Positions 57,557 to 64,000 of a stretch of 64,000 nucleotides of DNA are shown piece after piece. Source of the DNA: Minisyncoccota bacterium (GTDB lineage: Bacteria > Patescibacteriota > Minisyncoccia > Phycocordibacterales > UBA6065). Position numbers and translations under genes: made by a program. The stretch covers positions 21,068 through 85,067 of the forward strand of contig DASWWW010000005.1 of assembly GCA_036400935.1 (NCBI GenBank), read 5' to 3'. Within the stretch, counting starts at the first letter, position 1. Each line of letters opens with the position of its first letter. The notes below the pieces were generated by a model that saw only the letters and a list, made by a program, of their open reading frames with translations, did not search any database and was not told the origin of the DNA.

Positions 57557-58645
57557 ATGAAAATTCTCGGCATCGAGACATCGTGCGACGAGACGGCGAT
57601 AAGCCTCATCGAAGTCGATCCGGCCGGAACCTCGGTCCGCATTCTCGGCAATACAATCCATTCGCAAGTTCCAGACCACGTCCCGTACGGCGGCGTTTTT
57701 CCTATGCTGGCAAAGCGCGAGCACGAGAAAAATCTCCCCCTCGTACTCGATAGGACCATGGATGAGGCGGGCGCGAAATCTGAAGACGTGGACCTCATAG
57801 CTATCACGATCGGGCCGGGGCTCGAGCCCGCCCTATGGACCGGAATCGTCTTCGCCAAGGAGCTGGCCCAGAAGTGGAACAAAAAGATCGTGCCTGCCCA
57901 TCACATGGAGGGCCACATCTTGGCCGCGCTCATTTCGCAGACCGCCGACGCGCGGGCGTACAAGCTGCTCGAATCCGAGATCGCTTACCCTGCCCTTTCC
58001 CTGCTCATTTCGGGCGGGCATACCCAAATCGTGCTCATTGACTCGATGGGATCGTACAAGATCGCCGGCGAGACGCGCGACGACGCCATCGGCGAGTGCT
58101 TCGACAAGGTCGCTCGCACCCTCGGCCTCGAATATCCCGGCGGACCGAAGATTTCGAAACTTGCCGCTCAGGCGCGCGCTGAAAACATCCAGAGCCCAGA
58201 GCCATTGCCTCGCCCGATGATGACGAGCAACGATCTCGACTTCTCTTTCTCGGGTCTCAAGACTGCCGTTCTCTATCTCGTCCAGAAATTGGTCGCCGAA
58301 AACGGAGGAAAGCCCCTCGACGAGAAAACAATCAAGGGGATCGCCCGCGAGACCGAGGACGCGGTCACTGACGTCGTGCTCGCCAAGGTGCGCAAAGCAA
58401 TCGAAATCTACGGCATCCAGTCGATCATCGTTGGCGGAGGCGTTATCGCTAACAAAAATATCAGAACCCGACTCGAAGAGCTCGCGAACGAATGCTCGAC
58501 GAAGCTTTTCATACCTCAGGTCGACCATTCGACCGACAACGGCCTGATGATCGCCCTCGCCGGCTATTTCAATCGCGGCAAAGCCGTCGACGCGAGCGCG
58601 GAGCTGAAGGCAAAAGGTACTTTGCCACTCGGGCCGAAATCTTAG
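57557..58645 (+). CDS. tsaD: tRNA t6A37 threonylcarbamoyltransferase
   Basis: MKILGIETSCDET, HHMEGH, SGGHT, FSFSGLKT, TDNG. Confidence 0.97.
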   Translation: MKILGIETSCDETAISLIEVDPAGTSVRILGNTIHSQVPDHVPYGGVFPMLAKREHEKNLPLVLDRTMDEAGAKSEDVDLIAITIGPGLEPALWTGIVFAKELAQKWNKKIVPAHHMEGHILAALISQTADARAYKLLESEIAYPALSLLISGGHTQIVLIDSMGSYKIAGETRDDAIGECFDKVARTLGLEYPGGPKISKLAAQARAENIQSPEPLPRPMMTSNDLDFSFSGLKTAVLYLVQKLVAENGGKPLDEKTIKGIARETEDAVTDVVLAKVRKAIEIYGIQSIIVGGGVIANKNIRTRLEELANECSTKLFIPQVDHSTDNGLMIALAGYFNRGKAVDASAELKAKGTLPLGPKS

Positions 58646-58709
58646 GCAACAGCCTATAAACACCAATAAGATAGCCAAAAAACGCTATTTTTGGTATTAT
58701 TTTTCCTAC

Positions 58710-60908
58710 ATGGAACCATCTAAAACGCCTTTCGTAGAGCCAAATATCCCGCCAAAATTCCTCAAGCCGTACGATCCGACAGCGACCGAAGACGCGATCT
58801 ACAAGGGCTGGATGGATGCCGGCTATTTTAATCCGGACAAGCTTCCCGAGCGCCACAAGACGCCCTTCTCTATTGTGCTCCCTCCGCCGAACGTGACAGG
58901 CATCCTCCACATGGGATCGGCTTTTATGATCGCCATCGAGGACATCATGGTCCGCTACGCCCGCATGCAGGGCAAGAAGACGCTCTGGCTCCCGGGCACG
59001 GATCACGCCGCAATCGCCACGCAATCGAAAGTAGAGGGCGAAATCTATAAGAAGGAAGGCAAGCGCCGCCAGGATATCGGCCGCGAGGAGCTTTTGCGCC
59101 GCATCAACGAGTTCGCGCAGCAGAGCCACGATTCTATCGTGAATCAGATCAAGAAGATCGGCGCCTCCGTCGACTGGTCTCGCGAGGCATACACCCTCGA
59201 CGACAAGCGAAACCTCGCGGTACGCACCGTCTTCAAGAAAATGTACGACGACGGCATCATCTACCGCGGCTATCGCGTAGTTAACTGGGATCCAAAGGGC
59301 CAGACCACTATCTCGGACGACGAGATCGTCTACACCGAGGGCAAGGGCAAGCTCTATACGTTTAAATACTCAAAGGACTTCCCTATCTCCATCGCTACGA
59401 CCCGTCCAGAGACGAAAGTCGGCGACACCGGCGTTGCCGTCCATCCTGACGACGCGCGCTACCAGCAGTACATCGGCAAGACCTACAACATCGAGTTCGC
59501 TGGCGAGAAGATCAGCGTCAAAATCGTCGGCGACAAGGAGGTAAATCCTGAGTTCGGCACCGGCGCCGTCGGCGTTACTCCCGCGCACAGCCATGTCGAC
59601 TACGAAATCGCGCAGCGAAACGGCCTCCCTCTCGTCCCCGTCATCAACGAGTACGCAAAGATGAGCGTTCAGGGGCCTCTCCTTGCCGGCAAGAAGACGA
59701 CCGAGGCACGCGAGATCGTCGTCACCTGGCTCAAGGAGCAGGGTCTTCTCGAAAAGGAAGAGGAAATTCCTCAGAACCTCTCTACGGCAGAGCGAACCGG
59801 CGGCACTATCGAGCCATTGCCTAAATTGCAGTGGTTCGTCGACGTGAACAAGAAGATCCCCGCTCGCGACAACCGCTCGCTCAAGGAGCTCATGCTCGAC
59901 GCGGTTCGAAAGGACGGCATAAAGATCATCCCCGAGAACTTCGAGCGCGTATACATGCACTGGATCACCAATCTCCGCGACTGGTGCATCTCTCGACAGA
60001 TCTGGTTCGGCCACCGCATCCCGGTCTGGTACCGCACGGACGCGTCCGGCAAGGAGGAAATCCTCTGCGACGTGAATGCCCCTACAGGCGAAGGCTGGAA
60101 GCAGGACGAGGATACCCTCGACACCTGGTTCTCGTCGGGCCTCTGGACTTTCTCTACCCTCGGCTGGCCTGAGGAGACCGCCGATTTCAAGCTCTACCAC
60201 CCTACGACCATCATCGAGACGGGCTATGACATCCTGCCATTCTGGGTAGCGCGCATGATCCTCATGTCCCAGTACGTCCTCGGCGTCGTTCCGTTCAAGA
60301 CCGTATATTTCCACGGCATCGTCCGCGACGAAAAGGGCCGCAAGATCTCGAAATCCCTTGGCAACAACATCGACCCAGTGGATATGGGCGCGAAATACGG
60401 CGCCGATGCGGTGCGCATGTCGCTCATCGTAGGTACCGGCCCAGGCAGCGATTCGAAAATCAGCGAGAACAAGATCAAGGGCTACAAGAATTTCTCCAAC
60501 AAGCTCTGGAATATCACCCGATTCGTCCTCTCGTCTACAGAGAACGTATCTTATGATGCGAATTTCTCGGCATGGAGCGCCGACGACGCAAAGCTGACCG
60601 CCGAGCGCAAGAACCTTATCAAGGAAATCACCAAGGAGATGGATGAGTACAAGTACCACATCGTATCCGAGAAGCTATACGGCTACGTCTGGCGCGAATT
60701 CGCGGACGTCATACTCGAATCGTCAAAGCCGATCATCGCTTCCGGCTCTCCCGCTGACAAGGCTTCCCGCCAGCAGTTCCTGCTCCACACCCTTGCCGAC
60801 ATGCTGAAGGCTCTCCATCCGTTCATGCCGTTCGTCACCGAGGAAATCTGGAAAGACATGCCGATTGCCGATAAGAAGCCGCTCATTATCGAGACATGGC
60901 CTATATAA
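58710..60908 (+). CDS. valS: Valine--tRNA ligase (lacks the C-terminal coiled coil)
   Basis: PPPNVTG.LHMG, GTDHAAIATQ, DWCISRQIWFGH, KISKS. Confidence 0.97.
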   Translation: MEPSKTPFVEPNIPPKFLKPYDPTATEDAIYKGWMDAGYFNPDKLPERHKTPFSIVLPPPNVTGILHMGSAFMIAIEDIMVRYARMQGKKTLWLPGTDHAAIATQSKVEGEIYKKEGKRRQDIGREELLRRINEFAQQSHDSIVNQIKKIGASVDWSREAYTLDDKRNLAVRTVFKKMYDDGIIYRGYRVVNWDPKGQTTISDDEIVYTEGKGKLYTFKYSKDFPISIATTRPETKVGDTGVAVHPDDARYQQYIGKTYNIEFAGEKISVKIVGDKEVNPEFGTGAVGVTPAHSHVDYEIAQRNGLPLVPVINEYAKMSVQGPLLAGKKTTEAREIVVTWLKEQGLLEKEEEIPQNLSTAERTGGTIEPLPKLQWFVDVNKKIPARDNRSLKELMLDAVRKDGIKIIPENFERVYMHWITNLRDWCISRQIWFGHRIPVWYRTDASGKEEILCDVNAPTGEGWKQDEDTLDTWFSSGLWTFSTLGWPEETADFKLYHPTTIIETGYDILPFWVARMILMSQYVLGVVPFKTVYFHGIVRDEKGRKISKSLGNNIDPVDMGAKYGADAVRMSLIVGTGPGSDSKISENKIKGYKNFSNKLWNITRFVLSSTENVSYDANFSAWSADDAKLTAERKNLIKEITKEMDEYKYHIVSEKLYGYVWREFADVILESSKPIIASGSPADKASRQQFLLHTLADMLKALHPFMPFVTEEIWKDMPIADKKPLIIETWPI

Positions 60909-61603
60909 CGAACCTCGTAGAAAGCTATCCGCTCCTCTATGCCGCCATGGGAGGCATCTTGCCCGCCCTCTTTTGGCTGTGGTTCTGGATCCAAGAGGAC
61001 AAACTGAACCCTGAGCCCCGCGGCCGCATCTTCATGGCCTTCCTCGGAGGCATGATAGCGGTAATCCTCGTATATCCCCTTGAAAGGTTCGTTCACCAGC
61101 ACTTTGGCGCCATAAATACGTCGACGATCTTCGCCTGGTCGGTCATCGAGGAGTTCGCGAAGTACCTCATCGTCGCAATAATCGCCCTCCACAGCAAGGA
61201 TTTCGACGAGCCCCTCGACGCCATGACCTATATCATCACGGTCGCCCTCGGATTCGCAGCGCTCGAGAATACCCTCTTCATCCTCCACCCGCTCCTTTCG
61301 GGCGAGGCATTCCAGAGCTTCGTGACAGGCAACGAGAGATTCATCGGAGCCAGCCTCCTCCATGTCGTATGCTCGGGAATCATCGGCTTCTTCCTGGGAC
61401 TCGCCTTCTACAAGAACAAGATATACAAGATGATCTACCGAGTCTTCGGAATCATGCTCGCCGTCGCATTGCACGCGGCATTCAATCTGTTTATAATATA
61501 TAAGAATGGTCAGAAAACCCTTTTCGTGTTCTCTGTCCTCTGGATACTTGTTCTCGTAATACTCCTCCTTTTCGAGAGAATAAAGAAAGTAAAAGCCCCG
61601 TAA
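60896..61603 (+). CDS. PrsW-family intramembrane protease
   Basis: PEP, IEEFAK, GFAALEN, LHAAFN. Confidence 0.9.
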   Translation: MAYITNLVESYPLLYAAMGGILPALFWLWFWIQEDKLNPEPRGRIFMAFLGGMIAVILVYPLERFVHQHFGAINTSTIFAWSVIEEFAKYLIVAIIALHSKDFDEPLDAMTYIITVALGFAALENTLFILHPLLSGEAFQSFVTGNERFIGASLLHVVCSGIIGFFLGLAFYKNKIYKMIYRVFGIMLAVALHAAFNLFIIYKNGQKTLFVFSVLWILVLVILLLFERIKKVKAP

Positions 61604-61612
61604 TCACACACT

Positions 61613-62068
61613 ATGCAACCTTCAAAAAAATCGTTCTTTGAGCGCCTCACCGGCACCGTAAAGCTGGAGGAAGAAGAGCTTCAGGAAACTGAAGTCGAGG
61701 AAGATGTCCGCGGCAGCATCCTCGAAGAGACCGAGGAAGAGGGCCAGCTCACCGTAGACGTATACCAGACATCTTCTGAAATCGTCATAAAGACCATGGT
61801 GGCCGGAGTCCGACCTGAGGATCTCGACATCAACATCACTCGCGATATGGTCACTATCAAGGGCAAGCGAGAGGCCGCAAAGGAAGTCGACGATCAGGAC
61901 TACTTCCACAAGGAGCTCTACTGGGGCTCATTCTCCCGAACGGTCATGCTCCCCGAAGAGATCGAGGTAGAAGAAGCCGAGGCGGTTGAGCGTCACGGGC
62001 TCCTCGTGATCAAGCTCCCGAAGATCGACAAGGCAAAGCAGAACAAATTGAGGGTAAAGTCGGTCTAG
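61613..62068 (+). CDS. Hsp20/alpha-crystallin family protein
   Basis: VDVYQT, ELYWGSFSR...LP, GLLVIKLPK. Confidence 0.93.
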   Translation: MQPSKKSFFERLTGTVKLEEEELQETEVEEDVRGSILEETEEEGQLTVDVYQTSSEIVIKTMVAGVRPEDLDINITRDMVTIKGKREAAKEVDDQDYFHKELYWGSFSRTVMLPEEIEVEEAEAVERHGLLVIKLPKIDKAKQNKLRVKSV

Positions 62069-62069
62069 A

Positions 62070-62102
62070 AAACAAAAAACCGCTTTAAGCGGTTTTTTGT
62101 TT
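62070..62102. terminator. Bidirectional terminator
   Basis: AAACAAAAAACCGCTT..AAGCGGTTTTTTGTTT. Confidence 0.8.
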
Positions 62103-62108
62103 AGCCAC

Positions 62109-62447
62109 CTATTTGAAAGCTACGACCTTTAGCTCCACTCTGGCTCCCAACGGCAAAGATTTAACAGTAACGGTAGTCCTTGTCGGAAGCGGATCCTTTA
62201 AACTGCTACGATAAGCATCATTGAAAGCCTCATAATCATCTTGTTCAGTGAGAAATACAGTGACATCGACGATATCAGTCATCCCAAGGCCGTTTTGCTT
62301 CAGAATGGTCGCAACATTGTCTATTGCTTGAAGTGTCTGCTTGCCAATCTCATCAGAAACCAACTGACCGTTTATCTGACCAATCTGACCGGAAATATAA
62401 TGATGGCTTCCGGCATTCCTGTAAGGGCTCAAAGGAAAGGTTTTCAT
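62109..62447 (-). CDS. RidA/YjgF family protein
   Basis: ISGQIG, FN.AY, PTRTTV.VKSLPLGARVE. Confidence 0.9.
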   Translation of the reverse strand: MKTFPLSPYRNAGSHHYISGQIGQINGQLVSDEIGKQTLQAIDNVATILKQNGLGMTDIVDVTVFLTEQDDYEAFNDAYRSSLKDPLPTRTTVTVKSLPLGARVELKVVAFK

Positions 62448-62479
62448 GCTTGTAATTATATCTCAATATTGCAAAACCA

Positions 62480-62658
62480 AGGCTCACCCGCGACTCTCGT
62501 CGGCTCGTCAGCCTCCTCGGTCTGGGCACCGCCTCGCCATCGCTCGCCGTTCGCGATATGGCTCCGGCGTTCTCGCCTGGGCCGCAGCGCCACAGGCGCT
62601 GCTTCCAAGCACAAAATGAAAAGCCGCCCGATGGGCGGCTTTTCATTTTGTGCTTGGA
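62480..62658 (-). repeat. Multi-hairpin tRNA-Phe 3' trailer element
   Basis: 26-bp perfect inverted repeat at 62604-62658, plus the AGCCATAT-N15-ATGGCGAGGCGG motif on the minus strand. Confidence 0.7.
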
Positions 62659-62723
62659 CCCAGGCTCGAACTGGGGACCCCTTCCTCTTCAGGGAAGTGC
62701 TCTACCAACTGAGCTATCCAAGC
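62651..62723 (-). tRNA. tRNA-Phe(GAA)
   Basis: GCTTGGA/TCCAAGC stem, CTTCC-CTGAAGA-GGAAG arm. Confidence 0.95.
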
Positions 62724-62741
62724 GTTGGTACTGCTTTCAGA

Positions 62742-62951
62742 TTACTGGATCGAAAGCGAGCTCTTTACGGTGTCTATGTATGGCTGGAGGAAGTACAGCG
62801 CTCCAGACAGGACTCCCAATACGACCACCCAATAGACGATCTTGAATGCCAGAGAGGCGCGGTTCGTTCGCTGGAGACCTTTCAGTATCCGATTGTTCTC
62901 CTCGGCCATTTCCCTCGTCTCTATGAGCAATCGATGTTCATCAGGAGTCAT
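62742..62951 (-). CDS. Small membrane protein
   Basis: MTPDE..EENNRILK..TM..YFLQPY. Confidence 0.75.
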   Translation of the reverse strand: MTPDEHRLLIETREMAEENNRILKGLQRTNRASLAFKIVYWVVVLGVLSGALYFLQPYIDTVKSSLSIQ

Positions 62952-63010
62952 ACGGAATAGTATACTCAAAAATGGCTTAAAAACAAGAAAAATAGTATAG
63001 TTTTCGGTAC

Positions 63011-63085
63011 GCCCACATAGTTCAATGGATAGAACGGCTCACTCCTAACGAGCTGATGTAGGTTCGATTCCTACTGCGGGCACCA
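63011..63085 (+). tRNA. tRNA-Arg(CCT)
   Basis: Cloverleaf with loop CTCCTAA and encoded CCA; two A-C mismatches. Confidence 0.88.
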
Positions 63086-63086
63086 T

Positions 63087-63599
63087 ATGTATTTCTTGTT
63101 TAGAGAGATCAAAAACACGGGTAGTATACGATTTTTTCAGGCCACCCTCGGACTATTCGTACTTTTCTTTGGCTTTTTAGGCTTTTACTACGGCGTGCCG
63201 CTATGCGACAAATCCAACAACATTGACTGCACGTACTACCTGCTCGCGGCTGTCTTCATACTCTCGCTCGCCGCTACCATAGCGCTACAGGCTTTCAAAG
63301 GCTCTCAGAGGTATATGAATTTCCAAAACAAGCCGACCGTCGAGAGGTTGACGGGTGTGCTGGAAATCTTAATAGGGCCCATCATTGCCTTCATTTATCA
63401 CACCGTTAATCAATTCATGCACGGATGGCCTCAACAGGACAGATGGATGGGAATCTGGTACGAAACCCTGCTAGATGGCCATATAAGCAAGGGAGCGTGG
63501 ATAGATCTTACCGCTATTTTCTTGGCAATATTCTTTGTTGCCGATGGTTTGAGGAGATTGCTGACGAAAAGACCAGTCGACAAGCACACCTCGGTTTAA
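63087..63599 (+). CDS. Hypothetical membrane protein
   Basis: Four hydrophobic segments; AT-richer; starts right after tRNA-Arg. Confidence 0.65.
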   Translation: MYFLFREIKNTGSIRFFQATLGLFVLFFGFLGFYYGVPLCDKSNNIDCTYYLLAAVFILSLAATIALQAFKGSQRYMNFQNKPTVERLTGVLEILIGPIIAFIYHTVNQFMHGWPQQDRWMGIWYETLLDGHISKGAWIDLTAIFLAIFFVADGLRRLLTKRPVDKHTSV

Positions 63600-63609
63600 T
63601 TGCGGGACC

Positions 63610-64000
63610 CTACATCCTCCGGCTGTCATACGCCCAGTGCAAGAGCGCCTGGCGCTGCTTCGTATTGCACGACCGGTCTCCTGGGTGGCATTTGCCCTTT
63701 ATTTGAGCTATATGGCGCGCCATGGCCTTCCAGCGCCTGATCTGGCGCTTATCCTCGTCTTCGATGCGGCGGCCCATGTAATAGCGGCAATACCACTGGA
63801 ACCAGCCACGAGGGTCGTCCTTGTAGATCCAGCTTTTGGCCCGCCAGACGGATAGCGGCTGGCTTGCATGGACGCCGAAGCAATTCATGGATGCGACTCG
63901 TTTCGTTGTCCCTTCAGGAGCGAACTTCGCATTTTCAAACCAAGACTTCGGGAATTCGTTCGTGCAGTCGCGCATGTAGATGCCGCCAAACACGCCAAGA
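63610..64000 (-). CDS. Conserved hypothetical protein (5' end outside the window)
   Basis: GVFGG.Y, DPRGWFQWYCRYY.GRR, RQALLHWAYD. Confidence 0.8.
   Translation of the reverse strand, partial: LGVFGGIYMRDCTNEFPKSWFENAKFAPEGTTKRVASMNCFGVHASQPLSVWRAKSWIYKDDPRGWFQWYCRYYMGRRIEDEDKRQIRRWKAMARHIAQIKGKCHPGDRSCNTKQRQALLHWAYDSRRM

Overview
Chromosomal window from a small-genome bacterium, most likely Patescibacteria/CPR (Parcubacteria-like). This is inferred from the VirB2-type pilin array, the DUF4446-infB-rbfA block, a divergent bS21, a degenerate HisRS paralogue and compact housekeeping genes. It carries core genes (rarA, rpmG, alr, clpB, infB, rbfA, cmk, gyrA, S1, pth, lepB, ybeY, ftsA, ftsZ, trxB, tsaD, valS), 11 tRNAs and several accessory patches. 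Four things stand out. (1) At 52-3535, an unannotated 34-aa peptide ending in ..EPWS, a polytopic histidine kinase and a fused class II/class I isoprenoid enzyme form a ComQXP-like, possibly terpenylated-peptide signalling locus. (2) At tRNA-Lys there is an integron-like tandem array of single-gene cassettes separated by four 31-bp att-like repeats that keep a coding signature (DVRT) on the minus strand. (3) A promoter- and terminator-bounded ~430-nt non-coding RNA contains re-closed 16S rRNA helix mimics. (4) Many genes have a leaderless promoter architecture, and several tRNAs share structured 3' trailers. All calls come from reading the sequence by eye; no database searches were run.
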